This document shows, piece after piece, positions 47,401 to 60,365 of a stretch of DNA of 64,000 nucleotides. This DNA is from Ginglymostoma cirratum (lineage: Eukaryota): NCBI GenBank assembly GCA_024137785.1, contig JAHRHZ010000017.1, forward strand, positions 10,355,251 through 10,419,250, read 5' to 3'. Positions within the stretch are counted from its first letter, which is position 1; every line of letters begins with the position of its first letter. The translations under genes were made by a program, and so were the position numbers. The notes under the pieces were generated by a model that had not been told where the DNA came from, ran no database searches, and saw only the letters and a program-made list of their open reading frames with translations.

Positions 47401-48564
47401 GGTCACTAGACCTGAAACATTAACTCTGCTTTCTCTCCACAGATGCTGCCATGCGTACTGGGTTTCTCCATAAATTTGTTTTTGTTTCATATTTCCAGCA
47501 TCGGCAGTTCTTTTCTTTTATTGAATTTTTGTACTCCAGTTCTGAAGGGTGACTCCTTAATCTTCTAGAAATAGTTGATGGTCTGAAAGAATGCAAAAAC
47601 ATCTTTTGATGCTCTACAATAAAGTTATTTGAAGCTACTGTCAGATCTTTGACTGTAGTAAAATAAATTTACCCTTTCATATATTTGAAGGATAGAAAAT
47701 TATATGCCCATTGATTTATCCTAAGATAAGTTAGAAAGGGCCAGAAGACTGTTGTTTTTTTTTCCCTGATGTTTCTAAGCTTTCTTCTGTGTACTGTTTA
47801 GCATAAGTAAACAAAAATCAAGGCCATTATGTTGGAGATCAATATGCGAGAGTAATTATTACAAGCATACAATGGCCTGTGACATAATAAGATTAATGCC
47901 ACGTTTACAGTTGCTGGATGTAAAGCAAGCCAACAGAACATGCTGATTTTTTTTTCCTTATGTTATTTCTTTCCTCTCCTCCATTTCTCCCGAAGATGCA
48001 GACTCCTTGCTGGGGTACATTTCCAATGTGTACTCAGCTTTCCTTCATTATGTATGTGACAACACAACAAGTGCAGTCAGGCTGTTCAATTCAAACAAGC
48101 TAAGCTTGATCCATCAACATTTGGACATCTTCCCTGGGAATTCCATTCTGTTGGATCACTATCATTAATCTGACTGACTGGACCATCAGAAGAACTGAAA
48201 TTTATTGCAGCATGGAAGTTGCCAGATATTTTCAATAACATAGGAGGAATCTAAAGGCTGAAATCATTTCTACAAGTGGCTTAGATCAGAGAAATTCACT
48301 CACCATTCTGTATTTTAAGGGAAGCAACAATCAAGTAGGATACATTACTAGCAGTGACATCAAGTCGTATGATAGCAAGTGTTTAGAATGTCTTACTGTA
48401 AAATGGTAATGCAGGGATTTCTCCTATTATATGTAACGCACATAACTTGTTAAAAAGGTTCTGATTATGAAGACCCACTTCATGTCTACATCTGAGCACA
48501 ATGCAACACATTCCATAATTGTTCAATACTAACTTAAAATTCAAACCTAAACTACTTAGTAGAG

Positions 48565-49228
48565 ACCAGGTCCTATCCCTGCAACCGCAGGAAGTGCTAC
48601 ACCTGCCCCCACACCTCCTCCCTCACCCCAATCCCAGGCCCCAAGAAGACTTTCCACATCAGGCAGATGTTCACCTGCACATCTGCCAATGTGGTATACT
48701 GCATCTGCTGTACCCGTTGTGGCTTCCTCTACATCGGGGAAACCAAGCGGAGGCTTGGGGACCGCTTTGCAGAACATCTCCCCCAACCGCGTCCCAAAAC
48801 CAGCCCAGCTCATCTCCGCCTCCCTAACCTGTCCTTCCTCTCACCTATCCCCTCCTCCCACCTCAAGCCCCACCCTCATCTCCTATCTACTAACCTCATC
48901 CCGCCCCCTTGACCTGTCCGTCCTCCCTGGACTGACCTATCTCCTCCCTACCCCCCCACCTACACTCACCTTTACTGGCTCCATCCCCGCCTCTTCGACT
49001 TGTCTGCCTCCTCTCCACCTATCCTCTCCTCTATCCATCTTCTATCCGCCTCCCCCTCTCTCCCTATTTATTTCAGAACCCTCTTCCCCTCCCCCATTTC
49101 TGATGAAGGGTCTAGGCCCGAAACGTCAAGCTTTCCTGCTCCTATGATGCTGCTTGGCCTGCTGTGTTCATCCAGCCCCACACCTTGTTATCTCGGATCC
49201 TCCAGCATCTGCAGTACCTTTTATCTCC
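48565..49228 (+). mobile_element. Penelope-like element 3' fragment (same family as 19.6-22.0 kb, internal deletion)
   Basis: [30 protein letters not shown]; terminal repeat with intact CTGATGA...GAAA. Confidence 0.92.
49100..49127 (+). ncRNA. Minimal hammerhead ribozyme motif in a Penelope terminal repeat
   Basis: CTGATGA-A-GGG-tctagg-CCC-GAAA-CGTC: intact core, stem II, palindromic ACGT in place of stem III, GUC site. Confidence 0.7.
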
Positions 49229-51309
49229 TAATTTTTACTCTCTGCTTTATGTATCTCATGCCATCATACCTGCTGATGCTACTCTATGACTAGCCACAGG
49301 AAGTGATTATAATCAGAGTGGCCAATTTTACTTCCTTGTAAAAATTCCACAGTTTCTCCCTTCTCCATGCAGCACAAAACAGCCCAGAAACACACCGTGG
49401 ATCTAAAAACTAGTAATATAGGATGGGATTGTCTGCTTGTTAAACATCTCTCAAACCATTTGGAAAAGTCACAAGATGTATGCAACAGGCAGTCAGTCCT
49501 ACATTGATATGGAAACGTCTCCAGGCAATGTGCTTCCTGGCATAACAGTGCATCTTAAAACTTGCAATTTTAAATTGCAAAGATTTCAACTCATTCATTC
49601 AAACATTTCTTATAAAATCCTTTTCCTCATCCTTTTTGAATTGTATTTCTTCTTCTGATGTGAGGTTTTCATGCATCTTAGGCACCTTACTATCATGCAA
49701 ATGAGAACGGATATGGAAAATATAATAAAAAGAAACACCTGAAAGCGATATCAAAATTAGTTAAATAGCATTGTAATTTTAATCTACAGAACAGAAATTG
49801 GCGATTAACTATCAATCTACTTTCCTCAACTGTACAGAATATTTTTGTTCCTTCGATCCTCAAAAGGTAGAAACATAAACCTCACATCAAATTATCAGGG
49901 GCAAGTGGTCTAAAAAGTGTTGTAATATTTTAGGTATGGTTAATGACAGCATAATACAGACTGTATAATTTTGAATGGATAAATTGCTTCCTCAAAGACC
50001 TGACAGCAGCCCCTAAAAATTTCAACCGTAAACCTGTACAGATCTTCATTTTCATAAATATACACTCAAATTTTACTTGACATTTCCTGTGATTTTAAGA
50101 TGTTTTTTATTTTCATTTTAAACAATATTTAATTTGAAGAACACCGAATGTCAACAGTGACAGCTAAATTATGGGCAAAGCAAAAAACAAATTTCAATTC
50201 AGAAACCAGTATACCAGGTACAGGGCATTTTATAATGTGCTGAGTAACGACATCAATACGCATTGTGCAGTGGACAATGAAAGTCTATCCAAGTCTTCAG
50301 TTTTTCAAGTGATTCATTTTTAAGCAATTAATCTTATTGCATGCAGTTGAATCCAAGTTTATTTGAAAAGCAAGTGATGACTAAATTAGGCATTTGGTGA
50401 AAAATAAACCAAGAAGAAAAATGAATTTTGAAAACATGCAGATTACCCATAACTTTAAAAAAAATTGCAAAGTCTTCTCTGAGTTACATCCAATGCATAT
50501 GGGAACAAAGAAATAGTAAATGTTTAGAGGAGGGAACATAGGGAGTCTCAACAGGATACATTTCTACAATATTGACATCTGTTTTGTAATGATTATTGCT
50601 GCAATTTCTGCCATTGAAGGAAAACACAATCTACTCTTGGCTTCTTCTGGACTAAAAATATATGAACCGACTGGCAGGTTATGGATTAGTAATTATAAAA
50701 AGAGATCGAACTTCTGAAACACTGGGGAAATGAAGCAGTTAATTTTCTTTCAAAACATATATAAATATAGAGATAAAGGAAGCTGTTACCTTTTTGTTTA
50801 GATGAACCATTGAAAAAAGTAGCAGTCATCCAATTATTTATCTTCAATACTCTAACTAGAAAACCATTCCAAGTGCAGCCACTCATTTCATGCAAATCTA
50901 AATGTTATGAGTATTTTAGTCCATCTTAATTGCTGTGGACTTACTTCATTTGTATCAGTTAGTTTCAAGTATAATTCTAAAAAGATCATGTTTTACCTGT
51001 GGTTCTTCCTTGGACACCAGCATCATCTGAAAGTTTCCCTCATATTTTGATATCAAAATTCCTCAGCGCTCAAGGTACAGATCAATCCGACATATTACAT
51101 TTCCAACACAGTAAGTCCAGTTTATATGAGGCTGAACTAACAATCCAAAATTAGATTTCATATAAATCTGTAAAGTATTTTCATACAGAGAATAGTGAAA
51201 ACTATTTATGGCTGAAAAGACAGAGACATTCTGTTGAAGTTTTTCATTTTGTACTCATCAGAAAAGAGTCAGCAATCTTATGCTTCAAAGGAAGTAACTT
51301 TTTTAAAAA

Positions 51310-51880
51310 TTCACTTTTTATTCCAGAATTTTGACCGAGTGATAGTGAAGGAATGAATATATTTCCAATTCAGGATGGTGAGTGGCTTGGATAAGAACTT
51401 GCAGGTGGTAGTGTTTACATGTATCTGCTGCCCTAGTTCTTCTAGATCGTAATGGTCATGGGTTTGGAACAGGTTGTCTAAAGAGGCCTTGATGAATTTC
51501 TGCAGTGTGTTGTGAAGATAGTATCCAAAGCTGCTACTGAGCATCGGTGATGAAGGAAGTGGCTATTTGCGGATGTAATGCTAATCAAGCAGGTTGCTTT
51601 GCCCTGGATGGTGTCAAGCTTCTTGAGCGGTGTTGGAGTTGAAATCGCCCAGGCAATTGAACATCAAGGGGTGATAGTTACACTGTCTCTTACTGGAGAT
51701 GGTCATTGCCTGCCATGTGTGTAGGGTGAACATTATTGCCCAATTTTCAACCCAAGCTTGGATACTGCCCAGAGCTTGCTGCATTTGGACACGGATTGCT
51801 TTAATTTCTTAGGAGTCACAAACGGTGCTAAGCATTGTGCAATCATCAGCAAACATCCTCAATTCTGGCCATATACTGCA
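51310..51880 (-). mobile_element. LINE fragment (family of 15860-16740)
   Basis: Reverse-complement similarity to 15860-16600. Confidence 0.8.
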
Positions 51881-52639
51881 TGAGGAAGGGGTACTGATTG
51901 TTTGGCAAGTAAACTCTGCTTGGTCCTGTTGCTGACATGGAGAACGCACCCGAGAACAGTTTTTCACCAGGCATTTCTTTTAATTCAAAAACACAAATCA
52001 TCTCTGATTATTTGAGGCAATGCCATGGGGAATAAAGATTGGGACTGGGAATTAATCTACAATTTCTCTAACAAAGAGTTTGTGGGCCAAATTACATCGT
52101 GGGCCGCAAACATTTTTATAACTTGATGTTCTTGTTGATCTTTATGTTAACTAAAAGATTTCCTCATATCCCCACTCCTTGTCAAAGAAGAAATCTGATG
52201 AGCACTCAGGTGATCTCAATGTCAATGTAACTATTTCACTTGGGAGTGATACTTTGTTGAAGAACAAGAGTTTATTTTGAGAGAAAGATTCAGTTCACTG
52301 GGAGGAGGGAGCTGATATATTTAGCCACCCAGGTTAATCAGAGTCACCAGCATTGGCAGCAGTGCATAAAAGAGAGAGAGTCGGGGAACAGCACAGACCT
52401 AATTGGAGGCACCAGCAGTGGCCACGTGTCCTCCGCTATGTATTCACCCACGAAAAGTTAGGACAGACATCACAAGGCATCGGGCATTAAGGATTTCTTT
52501 TCTAAACTAGAATCTGGAAATAATAAAATACTCTCTCACATTTAAAGTTTCAATCATTACATTAATTAATATTAATATTATGACAAATAAATCACTGAAT
52601 AAATACTTTCACTGATTTAATAAACAAATAAAGTTAGTC

Positions 52640-53300
52640 TAAGACTGGGCAGAGCAGGTTGTGTGCCCAGATTGCAGAATGTGGGAGATTGTGGATAGTG
52701 AGTCCTGCGTTATGATACCTTAAGGAGATGTCTCCATCTCAAATCCCTCCAGATTAGGGATGTTGATGTCGATCTGGAGTATGAGTTGGAATCACTTGAC
52801 ACATCGGGTGTGGTGGTGAATGAGGAGATTAATAGCATCCTCTGCAGCCACAAATAAGAATTATAATGGGAGTGTTGCCTACCAAGTGCCAGAGTAAGAA
52901 ATATCACAGGGTGGCTGAAGAGGAACTTGGAAGGGAAGGGGCAAACCCAGTTGTCATGGTCCTAAATGGAACAAACATCAATAAAAATAGAGGGCTTTCT
53001 TTTGAAAGACTATGAGGAGTTTGGCTCTAAACAAAAAGCAGGAAATCAAGGGTAATAATCTTTAGATCAGTGTTCAAGCCATTGGCAAATTGGCACAGGA
53101 GCAAACAGAACAGGAGAATTAATACAGGACTAATAGTTTATTGAGGGAGAGGAGATTTCCTTTTCATGGAACTCTAGCAACAATTCTGGAAGATGGGAGT
53201 GGGGCGTGATGGACCAATGGGACCAGCTCCACTAATGGGACCCCTGTCCTAAGAGAGAGGGTTAATAAGGAGGTGGGGAAGTCTTTAAGCTAGTAAGATG
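52640..53300 (+). mobile_element. CR1 ORF1 relic
   Basis: C..C.MWE finger and CLP.ARV / GTN esterase remnants. Confidence 0.65.
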
Positions 53301-53929
53301 GAGAGAGGGCTCTACAGGAAACATAATTAGCCTTAATGTTAACAAAGTTATGAAAGTCACAGAACCTATTTTTAATATGATCGGAGTTTGCGCACATACA
53401 TTCCATTACATTTTACATGGTAATGTTGTTTAGCAGCACACTAGAGAACCACACTCATGAAATACACAATAAATTATTCTGTTGGTAAAATGAAGACTCA
53501 CAAGCCCAATATAGCAGATACTAAGGCCAATTAGCTGTTCACTGCTGTTGTTCAGAAATAAATACGTTTGCAGATGTGCTAGACATTTCCACACAGGTGA
53601 ATCCAAAATGAAATAACAGTTATTTTTTTAAAAATTGATACGGTTATAAGTTTATAAATTTCCCATCAACTATATTCTGCAATCAATTAGAAGATTCTGC
53701 GAAGTTTCTCCCAAGTAATATGTTGAGTACTTTGAGCCACCTTTCTGAAAATGCCAATATTGACGAGGAGACACAGCAATAGGTCAGCTTCACTTGTTCA
53801 ACTTTCTACAAACTAGAGGAACTATTAGGTATTTGACAAAAAAGACCTCAAAGTCAAAAAAAGTCATAGTTGTCAGAGCAGTTGTTGTCATCTTACATCT
53901 GCGCTGCAGTGAGACTACACTCTATCAGT

Positions 53930-54480
53930 GACACGCATAGCATGAGATGAATTTCACCAGCAATGTTTCTGCTAGATTCTCCAGTTTCAGGTGGAAGACT
54001 GTTGAACCAATCCCAGCGTCCTTGAAGCCAGCTCATAACCATTCCAGCAAAACAACTATGATGGATTGTCCAGAAAACCAAAACCATCTCCCTCACAAGG
54101 TCCTGATTTGTCAACTCTCAAATAGCCAACATAAACAGGGCAGGTCAAGGAAAGTGCTTCTAAAACACTGAATCTCTCTTTGATATGCATTAACACCGAC
54201 CTTAGTGACTGGGCAGAGCTTCTTACCAATCATTCAGAATGGCATCAAGCTACACCATGTTTTCAGACCCAATATCTTAATAATGAGGCAGAGTAGGTGC
54301 AGAAATGGAAGAGAAAGGAAGCAAAACCTGCATGCTGGATCCCACTACTGCACATGATGTCCTTTCCCATGTGCCCAAAGATATGCAGGTCAAGAAGCAG
54401 CATGTTCACTCACATGAAGACTTCTGGCAGAAACTGCGTAGATGTCATCCCTGGCTATGGGGGACAGCTGATGACTTAGA
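53930..54480 (+). mobile_element. RTE-like LINE 3' relic
   Basis: C...IL...W.D and LP..VL..QL......GR.R remnants typical of the RTE ORF end. Confidence 0.5.
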
Positions 54481-57119
54481 ACAACAAGTAACGTCTTATT
54501 CTACAAAGCCAACTATTTAATTGTTTTTCCAACTCAACAGCACAAACAACACACTAGCTTTCCAAGAATACAGTGAGTCAATAAATACATGGAGGTTATA
54601 TTTAAGCAGTTCAGCACAAGGCTGTATCCCTGATGCTATAACACTAGAGGGAGCACTTCCCGCACAAGTACAGATACAGTCAGTAATAGGGCAGTAAGGA
54701 GTTACCTCAGTGAAAGAGAAGATCATAAGCTGAACATTAATGCTACAAGCTCGTTGTAGGGAGGATCTAGAGGCTTCATTTCAAGATCAGTCAATTCATT
54801 ATGTATAATTCTATTGAACAAGTCACAACAGCCAGAGTAGTACAGCTTATTTGGTTTAAAAATGGTCAAAATATGAAATTAATCCTTTTAAATGGACTCA
54901 TTCATACTAAAATAAATGAATTGCACATTCTTCATTAACTAAAATCAGTTTATAGTTCTTACTGATTGCAATGGAAATTTTCTTTGGAACATACGAGACA
55001 TCAAGTTTCCAAGCTTAAAGAACAAATTGACAAAATGAATTCATTGCCAAATCGATCATGAACAAATAGGTTAGGTATCAAATGTTACGCACTAAACTTA
55101 AGAAATTTCGAATATTAAGTTAACAGAGTTGAAGAATCAAACCAGTACGAAAGCCGTTAAAACAGATGCTACAAATGAGTTCAGAGGCAATGAGTTAGAT
55201 TTCTGATGGGAGGAATTGAAAAACACAGGACTCAGTAGGGGAAGCTGGAGCTTGAGAATGATCAAGTTTGTAACAAATAACAGATTATGCCTGTGTATGC
55301 CTGTGGCTGCAATGCAGGCCAAACAAGCATGCACACCAATTCCTGGTTGACTGACACAAGGAGTTACAGTATTTGCAGAAGACAACAAAGTAAAAGAATG
55401 GGAATGATTTAAGCCCAACAATGTGCAAGTGGTACATGACAGTAAATCAGATAGATAAAGACCCCATCTCTTCATCTGTCTGAACAATTGCTTCAGATGT
55501 CAGTAATACTACTCTTGCCTCCAAATCAGACGTTTATGATTTAGGAATGACTTGAATTTCTACATCACCTTTCACAACCTTGGGGCATTCTAAAGTGTTT
55601 TACAAGTTATTAAATGCTTTTGAAGTGCAGTCATTGCTATAATTCAGGAAACATGCAGCAAATTTGTCCACAGCAAGCCCCATAATCAGTAATAAACCAC
55701 ATATCACAAAATAGATTATATGAGGAGAATCTTCTGCTCTGCTACAAATTATGGCTTTTTTTAATATCACTTGAAATGGTTGATGAGACTTCAGTTTAAT
55801 GTTTGATCCAAAAATTAGCAGCTCAGACAGACCCAAGAGGGCGAAACTAGAGTTTGTCTAATTGGAACAACGTGGCCTTGTGAATCATTGGTTTGACTAT
55901 TAACAGCCATCATCCATTGAAAAGAAATATTTCAAGGTGCTTCATAAATAAGCACAAAGAAGTTTAATAAAGAATTGAGTAACTAGAAAGAGTAATCTAA
56001 AACTTGATCAAAGTAAAGGACCTTGAGTGTTTTATGAAAATGGAAGAAAGGTTACCAAGTGGTGAGGTTTATTCTGTAGAAAGAACTCCATAGGGTTCAT
56101 ACAGTTGACATCATGATCAATGGCGGAGTGAAGGGGAGCAAGGGGCATCAATAATTGTTGGTAAGACATTGTCTTTAGGAGCGCATCACCAAGAAAGGGG
56201 GTGCAATCTTTTTGAGGCAGCAAGGATCTAACCTGCTGGTTGGTGAGATACATGTTGCTTTTCAAAGAGAAAGCCGAAGAAACCACACACTAATCAAAGC
56301 AGTGGCCAGTTCACCAGTGGGCAGTCCCCTGGAATCAAGATCCTGGGTAGACGTCCCATCCAGTGAGAACTGCCAACCAGAGACTGGATAACTCTTCTAC
56401 TCAGCATTCCCAAGGCTGAGACCTGTAACTGTTGGTGGAAAAGTGCATCCATAATCCGAGGTCACTGAAGATCCAAGTCAGGGATAAGTGATTTGTGGGG
56501 AATAGTTTACTCAAGCTGAGTGTCATGGGAGAGAGAGGTTGGAAGCAAGAGCAGAATATTAAGCTCCGGGCAGGCAAACCCCTTAATTGATTACTAAGGG
56601 CCTCAATGGTTCCAGGTTAGAAAAGTCAGTCATGGACCTGCTGGTCCAGAATTTAAATCTGGCATGGTTTGGGTGTGTCCTTATCCCATCCTAATTAAGT
56701 ACCCTTTCCTTCAGAAGCAGAAGATTGCACCCAGAGATTGATATAGAATAATTGATAAAGAAATAGAGATTGAATGTTGTATTTTAGGAAAGCCAGAGCC
56801 AACTTGGATCAGCAAGGACCAGTGTAATTGTTAAGTGGAATTTAATACTGAAGGATACGTGCAACAAAACGTTGGGTATCTTGAAATCACTGAACAATGA
56901 GAAGCCAGCAATAAAGAATTGTTAAATTTAATGGTAGTAACAATGTGTAGATCTGTAACATTAGAGATAATGCCAACGGGGAAAAAGTAATAAAAGTGTA
57001 AGCGATCTTGGAGATCATGGCTTCATAGCCCACCTCCAAGCTGCACAAGGGATCAAGTTTATAAATTTACAAATGATTCAGCTGTGTGTGGCAACAGCAA
57101 AACTTTTACTGTCAAGTAG

Positions 57120-58090
57120 TAGAGGCGGGAAGGCACTGAAATGATGCGGTTCGCCTTTCCAATGTTGAGCCGGGAAAGTGGGAACTAATAAGGGGCAGTT
57201 CACTTCCGTGTTTAAGGGTGAGTGGAATTGGAGAGGGCAGAACGGCACATTTTGTTTTTAAAATGGGGCTATTTTGCTTACTAGTCCATTTTCAGCGCTA
57301 CTCAAACCGGATTTCCAAGTTGTACGATTGTTCTAGCCTATCTTGCACTGAAAAATCAGAAACAGACTGTAACAAATAAATCCACAACTGTGCTTTACGG
57401 CATACATATAAACAATATTGAGTTGGACCTTCATAAAATGGTATTGCCAGCTGGAAAAGTTTATCACTTTTAAAATGTGGCCAAATCTTGTAGAGCTCAA
57501 TTTCAAGAGCACTCAGAAACATCCATTAAAAATCTATTCAAAAATCATTAAGCATACTAATTACACAAACAGCGTCTTTTTTTCGTAATTTAATTAGTTA
57601 CAATGATATTTACACTATGTTTATTTGTATGTGATATTAGATGATACATACATGTGTTTAATTGGAAATAACTAAATAACTTGACAAATAATTGGAAATA
57701 AACAAATATTAATCGGTAACCGCCCATTGATAGCGCCACATGTTCATTGTGAGTTGTATTCATTCACAAATACACTTTTGTCGCTCCCGACACATGTCGT
57801 ACTCACCTTTCGACATTTTTATATATGCATCCCTTGTTCCTGTGAAAGATAGTGTGTTTTCCCCAACCCTTGAAACTCTGAAATCGCCATGTATTTTGAC
57901 ACTGTCAATATTAAATGAAAACACAACCTCGGAGGCGCTGCACCTGCAGATAAAAGCTGGAACCACCTCACGCAAAATATTGTGCTCCATTAACAGCGCC
58001 TCTGCATTGGCAGACTGGGAGCTTCAAACAGCCTTAGCTTATCTCCAAAGAAGCACAAGTCTTAATATGTTCACACATTAACGGGGAGAA
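57120..58090 (-). promoter_or_regulatory. Candidate promoter / first exon of the PQ-loop gene
   Basis: Local CpG enrichment over a CpG-poor background; consensus donor AAG|GTGAGT on minus with GT at 57806-57805; lies upstream of the exon whose acceptor is at 41846. Confidence 0.45.
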
Positions 58091-58650
58091 AAAATTAAAG
58101 AATGATGAAAGAGAAATGTTGTTGGCCATCATTTATTCCCAACCCTAACTGTCCTTGACCACATAATGGTGAAAGTTGAAACATTACACTCTACCTGCTG
58201 TATGCACAGTCCATCTGGTTTGAGTACAATGACATTAGCAAGGAAACTCCAGGATTTTGACATGGTGAAAGGAGGAGCACAAAATTCCAAATCATAAAAT
58301 TCCATCTTTTATTTACAGATCCTTAGCCAACACGGATTTTTTTTTTAATTTTGTCACTTTCTCATCCTCTCTGGAGAGTTTGCTGTCTTTTGCCTTACAT
58401 GAGTATATTTGGGATTAAGGGGATAAAAATTTTAATCCCAGATTATAGTCTAGATGTTAATCAGTGTTTGCCACTTATCTAAGAATAAATTTTGTCTTAA
58501 ATTAATGGGTTATTTTAAATTCATTAGAAGATTCCTGGGGAAAGTTTCTTACATTCCAGATTGTGCTATGTTTCCACCTGATGGTATTGCTGGACAAGGT
58601 AGACACACAATAAAATCTGGCCTGATAGATCATATGTTTTAAAAACTTAA

Positions 58651-59460
58651 TGTACCATGGTGGTAATTCACTAAACTATAGTCATAAAAGGCTGCAGATT
58701 TTCTTTAAAACAGAACATAGGTTTATTATACAAAAGATGAACAGAAAATTAAGAGAACAATCTACCGTGATGAAATGATAAACAGTTCAAAAGATCTTAA
58801 AACAATCAAAAACAAAGTCTCATCATGTTTCCCGATACTATCCATTACAGAAATGCAAATTTGGTGAAATTACCTGTCCGTATCAAATCTCTACGTTCAA
58901 TTTCACTGATTTTTCGTCAGTTCTTTCATGTAAACTGTGAAATCTTCTCACATAAATACACACAAAACTAAGAGTGTAGAATTTGTCAGATTTAGTAAAC
59001 TGCAAATTTATAACCAAACATCCCTGGTTTGAACATTTCACAATGTAAACTTCTGCATTCAGGTAACTGTATTTTCCCAGAACTTTCTTACACTCTTTTC
59101 CAGGAGAGAAACTATATTTATTTCTGAATCCAGTCAGATCTCTTCCAAATCCATCTCCAAAACTTGCAATCTCTGCTTTTGCTAGGCTAAAATCAACCCT
59201 TGATTCTCTTGAATAAAAAAAAGCTAATGTCCTCCAAAGTTAACCCCACCTATCATAAACCACCACAGCAAAAGCTATCTTCCATTAACACTCCAAGACG
59301 CCTGTGTCTTTGACACTTTTTGAATTAGGTGACTATTACAGAAGGACTGGCTAATCTCATTTATTTAAAACCCTATAGCAAAGTAACCAACCCCATATAT
59401 CACTATGTTAAAAATTATTCTCTAAATATATATATATATATCAATAATAGACATCTTACA
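58651..59460. mobile_element. Probable solo LTR related to 11525-12100
   Basis: Starts TGT and ends ACA; shared blocks (g.tgcagat.ttctttaa.a.cagaac.ta.gtttatt; ccattaacact). No TSD seen. Confidence 0.5.
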
Positions 59461-60148
59461 CCACAATAGTAGTGCAAATAGAGAATTAATTGGTCATGCT
59501 GGTGATTAAGTCAACAAATTTATACTAATTGTATGGCTGGTGGGATAATGGGGCTTGATTAGCAATATATTCCTCCTGTAATATAGTTGGGGGGAGTAGT
59601 CTAGGATCTTGGATGTGGATGTTAGAAAACTGGATGTGGGGTTATACTAATTTCAAAGGTTAGAAGGAAAGATTCCATGTTTTGCATATTATAAAAGCAG
59701 AATGGCATTGGAAGGCTGAAAGCTTTCCTGCAGATGGAGGTGGTATCCCTGACCAGTTTACAATATTTAACTATAGCTAAGCCAGTAGAATTGTGATCAT
59801 GCTTACCATTACTGTCATGACTAAGAAGGTAATGTTTCACAGAAATCTAGTATTTCTTGCAGGACCAGTTATCATTCTTCATGGTTTTGTGACCTGATCT
59901 TCACGCAATTTTATATTTTATTTTATGTATATTATTGAGTTAAACAGTCTGTCAACAATTATGATTTACAATGGGTTGTTAGCCATCTACATTGGTGCTA
60001 CATTATGTGAATCCCATCATTGCCTTTAAAACATGATGCAGCATTTTGTACATTTGGATTATAGTATTATACTGTTTCATCATACCAAACTGTGTATTCT
60101 TCCAGTTCTTAAAAAAAAAAAACTTTTTGCTGTTAGTGATGACAATGT

Positions 60149-60365
60149 CAGAAATCACATGACACCGGGTTACAGTCCAACAGGTTGTTTTGAAAAACAC
60201 GAGCTTTTGGAGCATTACTCCTTCTGAGTGTGCATTTCCGAAGAAGGAGTAAAGCTCCAAAAGCTCGTGTTTTCAAATAAATCTGTTGGACTATAACCCA
60301 GAGTCACGTGAATTCTGACCTTATCCACTCTAGTCCAACACTGGCACCTCCACATCATGGCTACC
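60149..60365. mobile_element. Inverted pair of Penelope-like terminal repeats with 14-bp TSD
   Basis: 60147-60224 is the reverse complement of ~60242-60319; agtgatgacaatgt at 60135-60148 and 60366-60379. Confidence 0.88.

Noticed and set aside
50997-51026. Possible 30-bp micro-exon on minus (AG|ATGATG...CAG|GTAAAA)
   Set aside because: Weak polypyrimidine tract, and it would hit a stop when joined to the 41845 exon; no supporting evidence.
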